Shown here one piece after another: positions 27,130-38,381 of a DNA stretch of 64,000 nucleotides. Below the pieces are notes generated by a model, which saw only the letters and a program-made list of their open reading frames with translations, did not search any database and was not told the DNA's origin. Position 1 is the stretch's first letter; every line of letters starts with the position of its first letter. Source of the stretch: Eledone cirrhosa (lineage: Eukaryota); the NCBI GenBank assembly GCA_964016885.1, contig OZ024741.1:105400001-105464000 (forward strand), written 5' to 3'. A program made the translations under genes and the position numbers.

Positions 27130-28650
27130 ATAGTGGGATAATGGGTAGACTAACAGGAAAGGAAAACATTGTATGTAGAAGATGTACAGGAGTAATCAAA
27201 GGGAAGAGCGGCAGTGATATAAACCGCTTCAAGTCACAGGAAGGGTCCATAGAAGTGGTTGGTAGCTTTTGCTATCTAGGTGACTTAATCATTGGAGAAA
27301 AGTGCTCTGAGAGCATTAGCTAGAATAAGGATAAGATGGAAGAGGATTGGAGAGCTACTCCCACTGTTGACAACAAAAGGTTTCTCCCTATGTACAAAAG
27401 GACAACTGCTTGTGTGCGAAGTACAGTGCTGCATAGTAGTGAAACGAGCTGTGACTGCAGAATATATGCATAGACTGGAGAGAAATGAAGCAATCATGCT
27501 TCATTAGATGTGCAATGTAAATGTGCGAGAAAGGTAGAGCTTGGATGAACTGAAGGAGAAGCCGGGTTTAAGAGGCATCCGAGGTGGTGTGCAGGAGAGA
27601 AGATTGTGTTGCTAAGGACATGTGATGTGCATGGATGATGATCGATGGATGAAGAAGTGCCAGTGGAAGGAAGCCACAATAGAGATAGACCAAGAATGCC
27701 TCATGCAAGCCCTCCATGGCTGGATGCCCTTCCTCTCACCAACCACATTACAGCATGTACTATGTGCAATTATCATGATCACCAACACTAGGGAGATTCT
27801 CATGTCCTTGACACAACTGAAGGGTCCTCCCAACTTTCTGTTTGGGTAGCTTTCTACAATCGGATGCCATTCCTATCACCAACCATTTTAAATGTACTGA
27901 GTGCATTTCTCATGTAGATCATCAACACTAGAGAAGTTGTTGTGTCACTGACACAATTGAAGAGTCCTCTCAACCCTTTTAGGCATGGTTTCTACAGTGG
28001 GGTGCCCTTCCTGTCACCAACCGCCTTTACTGGGTGCATTTTGGAGGCACTGTCACTAGAGAGGTTGTTGGTCATTGTCCCAATTGAAGAGCCCTCACTG
28101 CTCTGGGAAGAGATGTGATAGAGGAAGAGGATAGGTATGAAGTTATAGATGTATGTGGTGATTTGGCAGGGTGATAAGTAAGGGGAAGGGGTGGCTGAGA
28201 ATGTATGGGGTGAGAGGGAGATAGTGGTATGGGTAGTAGTGAGGATGCATAAGGAAGGTGTAGAGAGAGTAACTACTAGTGTGCAGCTGCATAAAGAAAT
28301 GCAGAGAAATACCAGCGGCTGATATCCATGAAAATGGCAAACTCAGGAATCTCACAGCTGAGACAAAAAGTGCCCATCCCACACTGTAAAGTAGTCGTAT
28401 AGGTGTCATGACAAAAAAAAAGCACCCACTGCACACTGTAAAGTGGTCATGTAGATGTCACGACAAAAAACGTCAGCACACACTGTAAATGTGGTTGGCA
28501 TTAGGAAGGACATCCAGCCGATGAAACCAAGCCAAAATCAGTTCTTTATCAGCGAAACACGGTCATCTGACCTGGCTTGTTTTACAACGGAACAGCTTGT
28601 CTAACCTATGCTAACGTGGAAAATGGAAGTTGATGATGATGATGATGTAT
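27130..28650. mobile_element. Decayed RTE fragments and 3'UTR-derived repeats
   Basis: CRRC...SIEVVGSFCYLGD and LERNEA remnants, ggatgcccttcc repeats, (GAT)n tail at about 28635. Confidence 0.65.
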
Positions 28651-29137
28651 ATATTTGTGTATGTACATATATATATAAATGTATTTACACATATGTACAT
28701 ACACATATAGTGAGAGAGAGAGAAACTGGTTACTGTTATTTTGGGAGTGTTTTATTTTGCAAAACACTTTCCTTCCTTTGATTTTTTATTTGAAAAAGTA
28801 TGAAATTCTTCATATTTTTCATAGTTTGTATATGTATAACTTATTTTACTACAGAACATTCATTTTCCATAGAATTTTCATTAGTTTGCTGAAGTTTATG
28901 TGCAATAAATATGTTATACATCTACAATACACAAGATATTTTAACAGTTTTTATACAATTCCTAATAATATTTAATAATTAAAATACAATAGGATCTTTT
29001 CAAAATCGAATGGCTAGGAGGGACACACACCAGAACAAAATAGGCATCAAAATGGGTCCATAGGTTAAAAAAGGATGAAAACAAATGCATGATAGCATCA
29101 CCCTAATCACTAGGCTATGCACCTTCACTATGTAGTA

Positions 29138-29408
29138 CTAGACCACCCGTGACCTATTGGGTCACGTTCACTTTAAAATATTTTTTTAAAATCATGTTCA
29201 CTTAAAAATAATTTTTAAATAATTAAACTATACACAGACATGTATATAATCTGAAATGAAGCCAGAAGGCCCATATATATATATATGTGTGTATGTATAT
29301 ATATAAATGTGTGTTTGTATACATATATGTATGTGTGTGTGTATATATATATGCGAGTGTCTGATCTATATACACTGGTCATAGACACACACACACACAT
29401 ATATATAT

Positions 29409-29477
<69 letters not shown>

Positions 29478-29910
29478 ATATATATATATATATATATATC
29501 ACCAGCTCTCTCTCTTCCATTCTCCTTCTCTGTCTCCTCTCCCTTTCTCTAAGTCTCTCTTTAAATCTACTCTCTCAGAACCACTATCTCTTTCTCTGTT
29601 TATGAAGGTACCCAGAAAACTCCATATCTTGGGAAACCGTGCTTCGATTTATGCGAAACTTGTTTTTGTTCCATTTGTATTCCCATTTCAGGGACAACTT
29701 CCTTTCAAAGTATTTTCCCATTATGCGCCCTTTTGGCTGTATTACATTACAGACGAGCAAGCAAGCAATCACAGACTTTTAGTAATATACTAGACCACCC
29801 GTGAACCGTTGGGTCACATTCACTTCAAAATGTTTTTTAAAAATCATGTAATTTTTAAATAATTAAAAGATATACAGACATGTATATAATTTGAAATGAA
29901 ACTGGAAGGC

Positions 29911-29956
<46 letters not shown>

Positions 29957-31457
29957 GTGTGTGTGTGTGTATACATATGTATATATGTATGTGTGTTTAT
30001 ATATATATTTGAGTGCCTGTGATCTATATACACTGGTCACAGACACACACACGCACTATCATCATTTCATCATTTTACGTCCGCTTTTCCCTGCTTGCAA
30101 GGGTGGGACGGGAACTGATTCTGGCTTGATTTCTACAGCTGGATGCCCTTCCTAACACCAACCTCATTTACAGTGTGGGCTGGGTGCTTTTTTGCTGTGG
30201 CGCCTACACGTCCACTTTACAGTGGAATGATGTGGACCTCAGTCCCTATCATCTCATTTCTACAGCTGAGTAAACTGGAGCAATGTGAAATAAAGTGTCT
30301 TGCTCAAGGAAACAACACATCACCCGATCTGAGAATTAAAGTCACAACCTTTCGATTGCAAGCCCAATGCTCTAACCACTAAGTCAATATATATATATAT
30401 ACACAGAATCAAAAAGCCTTAAAATTAACCTGGCTAAGACTAAAGTTCTAGTTTGTAGGAAAGAAAATAAGGCGCCGGTCCCTTCCGGGAAATGGCCATG
30501 CTCAGTGTGTAGGAAAGGCGTAGGTAGAAACTCCATTTTATGTCCCAAATGCAAAGTATGGGTGCATAAAAGATGTAGTGGGATCATAGGTAAGCTAACT
30601 AAGAACATAGATTTTACATGTGGCCGGTGCTCTGGTGCAATAAGTAGCAGCAAGTGCCCGCAATATACTAGCTCTTTCAGTTGCGCAGAGGGTTCTATAG
30701 AAATAGTGGACAGCTTCCGTTACCTGGGTGACAAAATCAGCAGTGGGGGAGGGTGCTCTGAAAGTACAGTAGCTAGAGTCAGAACTGGATGGAAAAAGTT
30801 CAGAGAGCTTATACCACTATTAGCCGCTAAAGGGTTCTCCCTAAAAATGAAAGGCAGGCTGTATGATGCCTGCATACGAACAGCAATGTTGCATGGCAGT
30901 GAGACCTGGGCATTGTGTGCAGAGGATATACGCAGACTAGAGAGGAACGAAGCTTGCATGCTCCGCTGGATGTGTAATAGTAATATACGCGAACGGCAAA
31001 GCATAAACGAACTAAGGGAAAAATTAGAAATAAGAGGGATCAGATGTTGTTTACTCGAGAGAAAGCTACGTTGGTATGGTCACGTGATGCGCATGAAAGA
31101 CGACAGCTGTATAAAAAAGTGCAGAGCAATAAAGATAGACGGTAGCCATGGAGTAGGCAGACCCAGAAAAACCTGGGACGACCTGATAAACTCCGACCTC
31201 ACACACTTACACCTCTCCAAGACAATGTCACTGGACCGAGATCTTTGGCGGCACTCAGTAATAGAGAAGACCCGCCTTACCTAAATACAAAGTAAAACCT
31301 ACTACAGTCAGTCGGCATCTCTTCCTCTCTATGAAGGTATCCGGAAAAACCCCATATCTCGGGAACCTGCGGTCCGATTTACATGAAACTTCTTTTATTC
31401 CATTTGCAATCCCATTTCAGACAAGCAAGCAATCACAGACTTTTAGTATTATATAGA
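29138..31457 (-). mobile_element. Head-to-tail dimer of a non-autonomous Helitron (copy 1 29138-29789, copy 2 29790-31457)
   Basis: On the minus strand: A|TC 5' end at 31457, 3' hairpin cgtgacc-caata-ggtcacg, then CTAG|T at 29141-29138. Internal microsatellites. Both termini are present twice. Confidence 0.8.
30405..31320 (+). mobile_element. RTE 3' fragment with an intact PHD, nested in Helitron copy 2
   Basis: ORF 30505-31284: CRKGVGRNSILCPKCKVWVHKRC...CGRC...FRYLGD...WYGHVMRM. Confidence 0.88.
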
Positions 31458-31944
31458 TAAATTGTTTCTTTCTAATTAATTTACAGTCAATATGAAATTC
31501 TTCCTACAAATCAAAGCACATGTCTGTAGAGATCTCCTAACTCTCTCCTGTTATAAAAAAAATTACACCAGAAATACACAAATGTTTAACTTTCAGATCA
31601 AATCTAGTAAATCAAAGCATTATTTTTCTCTGTATATGTATTTGCACTTTAAACTAAACCCTTTAGCATTCACATTACTCTATATATACTATTATATTTT
31701 CATGGTAAAGGCTTTACCTCACATAATATCGAATCTATGAGATTTTGAAAGTATTTATTTTGAGAACAATACCTTAACATCAGTTTGAGTGACCAGTTAC
31801 AGCCAGTTTCAACAGAAAAAGGTAAAGAATTCTGGCCGGTTTTGAACATTAAAAGGTTAAAAGGTTTCTAAAAGTATGCTACAAGTATGAAACAACGTAT
31901 TTCAATAATTCAGGTGAAACCCAAACAAAGTGAATACAACTTAC

Positions 31945-32094
31945 CAGAACTAAGATAAAAGGCAAGGAATTGTTCTTTTCCAAATATATTTAGTGCTACA
32001 TTTGAAAAAGACCAGAGGACATACATATTGGTGAACAAATGCATAAAGTTATATTGGCTAAATGCCGAGAAAAGCATTGACCAGCACGGGGCCG
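31945..32094 (-). CDS. PARL: PARL exon 5: [50 protein letters not shown]
   Basis: [12 protein letters not shown] and G.EQF PARL motifs. Flanked by cag and gtaagt, phase 1/1. Confidence 0.95.
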
Positions 32095-32159
32095 CTGAAA
32101 AAAAAAAAAGGAAGAAAATTAATATCAAATTAATATGTATTTAGAAACAATGAGTGAAA

Positions 32160-32390
32160 TTTGAAATTTACAAGAAAGTTAAAACTTCATTGAATTTTTT
32201 TACTATAGACAAATAATCTAAATAATAGGGTAGGGTATATAAGCCCCCTTAATGGAAAAAAATGGACATTAAGCTCCTGCAGGTGCTAACGTCTATTTTT
32301 TTCCATTAAGGGGACTTATATACATTGCTATTTAGACAATTTTAATGTAGTCATAAAATTTGATGAAGTTTTAAATTTGTCAAATTAATA
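32160..32390. mobile_element. Fold-back (palindromic) MITE-like element centred on cctgcagg (about 32280)
   Basis: tataagccccttaatggaaaaaaat / atttttttccattaaggggacttata, with outer arms aaaacttcattgaattt / aaatttgatgaagtttt. Confidence 0.7.
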
Positions 32391-33483
32391 TAAAATATTT
32401 TTAAAAGGGAATTTTAATGTAATTTACAAAAATAATGACTGAAAATTCAAATGTCCCTTCGCATTCTCTCCTATCAGTGCTGGCAATAAGGATGGTGATC
32501 TGAAATACTGAGGGATTTGCATAAGGTTTTTCACAAGCTCATCACAGTCTCTGCTAGGCTCTGAAAGACTGTTTTTTTTCTTTCTTCCAGTGACTGGAAA
32601 TGGCATTTGAACTCAGAAAGCACAGAGCAGAAATTGATACACAACAATGCATCTCCTCAAACTCATTTACAATTCTGCCTGAAAAGATGAAAAGCAAAGA
32701 TGATCTCAGCAAAATTTGAACTCAGAGCACAGAGAGCCAGAACAGATATCTCAAAAGTATTTAGACACTCTAATGAACCAGCCAATTTGCACTACGTAAT
32801 CACCCACCCTCACCCCTCACACACATAAAAATTATATTTGGATATCATCATCATCATAACAATTTTATATCTGTTTTTTCATGCTTGGATGGATCCTTTC
32901 CAGCACAGCATCTCTCTATTGAGTGATGTCAGATCAGCTCTCACAATCTCTGCCCAGGTTTTCCTTGGCCTCCCTCTACTGTAGATCCCTTCCATCAAAA
33001 TCTATAGTGGATTTGGGGAATGAGCTTGTTTTTCTCAATTAAAAAAGAAAAGAAAAATAGATTGTTGACTATAGTACATGCTACAGTATATATGAAGAAG
33101 CACAGTCAGTTGAGATGGTGGGAATAGTTCAAGGTACGGCTGTGTGGGTAAAGGGTTTGCTTCACAACTGGTGCCATGATAAAACGTACAAAGTTCACTC
33201 TGTATAATGGTTGGCATTAGGAAGAGCATCCAGCCATAGAAATCATGTTAAAATGTGGAATGATTGAGCAAGACATGGTTATCCAAACTGTCTAGTCATG
33301 CACTGTGACGAGCCTTTTAACCCGTGCCTGCATGAAAATTGATAATGGTGATGATGATGATGTCACAGCTATCTTTAGATTTAAAGTTTAGACGTTAAAT
33401 GGTGATAATGATGATAATGAGAACAGGTGGGTGTCTGAAGAATTAAAAGAGACAAAAAGAAAAACAAAATCTGATTGACATAC

Positions 33484-33628
33484 CAGAGTTAGGATTACTG
33501 CAGAAGTATTTCAACATGGTGGGTTGAGCAGATGGCAATCGCCAGAGAAAAAATACAATAACATTTGCTGCTATAATACTAACTACATACTTCTGGCCAT
33601 CACTGAGACTGTTCCACCACATATTTAA
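33484..33628 (-). CDS. PARL: PARL exon 4: LNMWWNSLSDGQKYVVSIIAANVIVFFLWRLPSAQPTMLKYFCSNPNS
   Basis: WWNxLSDGQ...IIAANV..F.LWR PARL motif. Flanked by cag and gtatgt, phase 0/1. Confidence 0.95.
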
Positions 33629-34268
33629 CTGAAAAAAAAAACAACATCATAAATAGATTGAGAAATGGTTATTATTGGTGGCTAACTGTATCATATAAAC
33701 ACTTTCTTTTTATGTATAAAACTTTTCCAACAGTTATTCAACAGATTTTGTATGAGAAACCAGATAGCACCATATAAAATATCTCAGAGGAAGGAGTGAG
33801 GACAGTGGCTATGTGGACAGAGGTCATGTGGATAGTGGCCATGTAAACAGTGACTATGTAGACAGTGACCATGTGGATAGTGGCTATGTGAAAACACTTG
33901 AATATTAAATTCCACGCTGAGCTCAGTAAGATCAACAACTGTATTTCAAGATAACACTGGAATTGTCTATGGTTGTACATTCCTACCATCTTTAATGGTA
34001 AAAAACACACAAGATAGGTTGTTAATAGGTGGAATGTCTTAGACTATAGGACTACTGAATCTTTGATGTCTTAAACCATAGATCTGCTCAATCTTTGATG
34101 TCTTAAACCATAGGTCTATTCAATATGAGTCACATGTCTTAGATTATAAGTCTGTTCATTCTGAGTTTCATGATGTCTTAGATCATAGCAGAATATTAAT
34201 TTTCCATAAGTATTAGTTAATAAGAACAGAAAATAAATTATTTTCAGGGTGAAATGAATGTAACTTAC

Positions 34269-34409
34269 ATGTGAACGAATTTGGTTTGATTTAGGATAGA
34301 AAGCATCTCTACCTTCACGTGAAATCCAATTACTTATAATTTTCTTTGCCTTTAGACGTATTGCTTCATATTGCCATACCATGCCACCTGCAAAGCATGC
34401 CCCACTGAA
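34269..34409 (-). CDS. PARL: PARL exon 3: FSGACFAGGMVWQYEAIRLKAKKIISNWISREGRDAFYPKSNQIRSH
   Basis: WQYE motif. Flanked by cag and gtaagt, 141 nt, phase 0/0. Confidence 0.92.
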
Positions 34410-35371
34410 CTGAGAAGACAATAAAAGGAAAATTATAATAATGATAATTTCTTTAATTATCCACAAGAACCCAAAACATAGGCAACAATACAAGGACAAA
34501 ATCAACAGAGTGGGGTTTACATCAAGTAAAGGAAAGGGAACATCACCAAAGTAAAAACAGTTGGAAAAACAATAATTATTTGATTTAGCACACGTCCAAC
34601 AATTTAGGGAGAAGAAAAGTCAATTAAATCGACCCCCAGTGTGTTATTGGTACTTTATTTTATCGACCCCGTAAAGATGAAAGGCAAAGAAATTGTTCTA
34701 AGTTTATTCTATTGTAAAGGTTTTACTTCATATATGTGTATCATGACAAAACATTAAAACTGTCAGAAATGAACTTTTGAAAGGAAATTAGAGTTAATTT
34801 GCTTTTATTTTATATTTTAGAGTCAGGTAGATAGTATCAGCAATGGAAAGATCAATGGAAACATCGTTTCCTTGGTCTGAATTGATGAGTTCCACCCCAT
34901 TCAGTAAGTGAATGAGGTCTGGAATCTTGTTGATCGATTTGATGAAGATGGATCAAGTTAGAGGAGGAGGGGAACTCCCATGATTTGGAGGAAAAATAGT
35001 GCCTGTGATTTTTATCAGGGGACACAAGACTGGTAGAAGGAAGAGAGAAAAGTTATTCTTAAACCAGGGACCTGGCATGAATTCTTGCAACAGAGTGGAT
35101 TCTATCAAAAGCAGCCAATTGTTCATAGATTGGTAAATTGCTAGTTAATATGCAATATATGTGTGTGTGCGTGTATATCTCCATTTCTATCTTCATTTTG
35201 GTTTTACTGGTATTCTTAGTACCTTTCCTCCTTCACGCATCCCTTATTCCCACCACCTCCAGTTTCAGAAACCATTTGGATATACTAAAGGCCCCCATCT
35301 ACTTATTTCTGTATACCATCTCTCTTGAGTCTCTCTCTATATATATACTTCAAGTAAATAAAATTAATCTA

Positions 35372-35504
35372 GTGTTTCTGAGGAGGATGGCCGATTGAAC
35401 AGGAACTTTGAGACTAGCAATTGGTAGTAACCTAATCACTATCATGCTGGTCAATACATCGATCTCCAGAATTCAATTGACCCTCTGAAACGATCGTAAA
35501 ACAC
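35372..35504 (+). ncRNA. Type I hammerhead ribozyme with extended stem II and palindromic stem III
   Basis: gtgttt-CTGAGGA-[102-nt hairpin]-GAAA-cgatcg-TA-aaacac. Stem I is gtgttt/aaacac. Predicted cleavage after GUA at 35498. Confidence 0.8.
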
Positions 35505-35730
35505 CTGACTTCTGTTTTTATTGTTCAAACACAATATATGTAAACGACTCTGTAACCCGGATTGATTTTGTTCGAGGATACCTTAGGCCGCAACAACCTA
35601 CCACAAGAACTACTGGTCACACTGCCGATTCTCGCCGCAACTATCCTTCCTAGGATACGTTGAGTTCTAACAATGTTATCAGCCCCACCACAACCAGGTG
35701 GACTCCGATATATATATATACATACACACA

Positions 35731-36128
35731 GTAATAATAAAAGATGAAGGCAAGATTTCTATAAGTTCTTTTATTATATGATTAGCCATAATACACATAT
35801 CTGTGGTGCCATTGTTACGTCATGATGCTATGACACAATTCTTGACATTATGTCTTCAGACAGCCTCTTAGGTACTGCAACATACTGATATGGAGACAGG
35901 TCTGTTTCCAATGTTGTTATTAAAAAAGTTCTGGGCATATCAATACGTTGCAGTGCTTTAGAAATGGATTACATGATTAATTGTATTACCTAAAGGCTGT
36001 CTGAAGATGTGTTAAGAATTGTATCATACCTTCGTGATGTAACGGCAGCACCACAGAAACACATATTACGGCTAATTATGTAATAAAAGAAATTATGGAA
36101 ATCTAGCTTTCGTATTTCATTATTATTG
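35731..36128. repeat. Diverged inverted repeat, arms about 145 bp (35731-35874 and 35987-36128)
   Basis: tcttcagacagcctcttaggta versus tacctaaaggctgtctgaaga, and ctgtggtgc versus gcaccacag. Confidence 0.8.
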
Positions 36129-36475
36129 CATTATTTCATCATCATCATCTTCGTTTAACGTCCGTTTTCCATGCTAGCATGGGTTAGACGTGAGTTGTCC
36201 CACTTGAGGCAAGGCTGGTCGGGTGACCGTGTCTTGCTCATATAGGACTATCTGGCAGGTTTTCTACGGCTGGATGCCCTTCTTATTTATTTATTTATTG
36301 AATAAATAAATAAAGAAACCATTATTATTGTATGTAAACTCCACCCTGTACTGCCCATGCGATACCACATCAAAATTGGAAGGATACATAGGAAGTTGAT
36401 TGGAGTCACACAATCATAGCCCCAACTACCAATTAGTAAACACTCTATAACAAATAAATATATATATTTATATAT

Positions 36476-37245
36476 GACTGTATGATGCATGCATACAAAC
36501 AGAAATGTTGCATGGTCGTGAGACTTGGGCGCTGTATGCAGAAGACTTGCGTGGATTGGAAAGAAATGAAGCTTGCATGCTCTGGTGGATGTTTAATATA
36601 CGAGAACGGCGAAGCATAAATAAACTGAGAGAGAAACTAGGCATATGAGGAATGAAATGTGTGCAGGAGAGGAGATTATGTTGGTATGTACATGTGATGT
36701 GTATGAAGGATGAAAGCTGCATAAAAAGATGTAGAGCACTCAAAGTCGATGGGAGCCTGAGTGGGGAGACCTAGGAAGACTTGGGATGAGGTGATAAAAG
36801 CCGACCTTACCCAATTGCCCCTCTCACAGGATCGAGATCTCTGGCGATATGCAGTAATACAGAAGACCCAACTTCCCACAGGCACAACCTGAAGCATATA
36901 TACAGTAAGCCCCAACTCACCCTCCCATACACCCCCATGAGGACAGGCTGAAGTAAATGCATCCAGTGAAGCCCCCAGCCCACACTGTAAAGTGGTCATG
37001 ACGGTGACACTGCAAAAAGTGCCCTGCCCACACTATAAAGTGGTCGTGTAGGTGTCATGACAAAAAGCACCCTGTACTCACTGTAAATAAAGTTGGCATT
37101 AGGAAGGGCATCCAGCTGTAGAAACCAAGCCAGAACCAGTTCTGTATGAGCAAGACATGGTCACCTGACCTAGCATTGCCCACAACAGGACAACTTGTCT
37201 AACCCATGCTAGCATAGTAAAATAGACATAAAACGGTGGTGATGA
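36476..37245 (+). mobile_element. Decayed RTE 3' end with 3'UTR
   Basis: LYDAC...ETWAL...LERNEAC...KTWDEVI remnants and the shared tail motif. Confidence 0.8.
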
Positions 37246-37395
37246 CATGTGCATATACACACAAATATATATATATATCATCATCATGATGATATATATA
37301 TATATATATATTATGATGGTACCACAAAACATCCAGCCCACACTGTAAAGTGGTTGTGTAGGTGTTACGACAAAAAGCAACCAGCCCACACTATA

Positions 37396-38381
37396 ACTTA
37401 AAGAATGCCACGGTACTGAAATATGCAGATGACATCAAGCTGTACCTTGAGATCAAAAGGACAGATCCTGAAATCTATAACTCTTTCCTACAATCAGACC
37501 TGGATACAATGCAGGCAATGGATCACAGACTGGCAACTGAAGCTGGCTGTGGACAAGTGTACCACCATGCATTTTGGGAGGAAAAATCCTGCGTCCACAT
37601 ACTCCCTCCACAACACTGATATCAAGAAGTCCTCTTGTGAACGTGACCTGGGCATTACTGTCAGCAGCGATTTGCGTTGGACAAAGCACGTCTCTAAAAT
37701 TGTCAAGAAGGTCGAGGGTGCCTTGGTATCACTCAGCAAGACCTTTGTTAGCTGCTCTCCAGCCATCTATTTAAAGCTGTATACAGCTATGGTACGACCA
37801 CACTTGGAATTCGTATCATCAGTCTGGAACCCCTATCTTGCTCAGAACATTGACATCCTGGAAACTGTTCAGAGACGTGCAACCAAGTGCATACCCTCCA
37901 TCAGACACCTACCATACTCTGAACGCCTTGCTTCCCTGGGCATGGATTCATTGAAGCTCCGATGTCTGGCAATGGACTTGGTAAACACCCACAAAGTTAT
38001 TAACCATCTCGCCAACAACAACCCTGAGCACCTTTTTGATCTCCATGTGTCTAACACACGTGGACATGCCTACAAAGTCAGAAAACAGCACAGCTCCCAT
38101 GACATTCAGAAACATTTTTTCACGCTTAGAGTTGCTGAAGCATGGAACTGCCTGCGTCAGTTGTTAGCTGCCGAGACACTGCATCCTTTAAAACCCTCAT
38201 GCTTCCCGAAATTCGCCAAAACTACACATGTTGTCCCCCTTCCATACACATGCACACATATGTATATCATGAATCATGCACTGTTCATTTTCCTGACGTT
38301 TGTACATTACCCTATGTACTATACATACACTTTTGATGAGTTGTAGTGCACCTGAACACTGTACACAATATTTTCATTATT
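37396..38381 (+). mobile_element. 5'-truncated CR1-group LINE (RT C-terminal half) with (ATT)n tail
   Basis: KYADDIKLY, ERDLGI, RPHLEF..SVWNPY, VQRRATK, TRGHAYK, HFFTLRV..WN. Contains frameshifts. Confidence 0.85.

Noticed and set aside
29215-30155. ORFs rich in YI/CV/D/S
   Set aside because: Translations of (TA)n, (CA)n and (CAT)n microsatellites
34820-35135. Possible Penelope RT remnant beside the hammerhead
   Set aside because: Only vague resemblance across frameshifts. A translated search is needed to support it.
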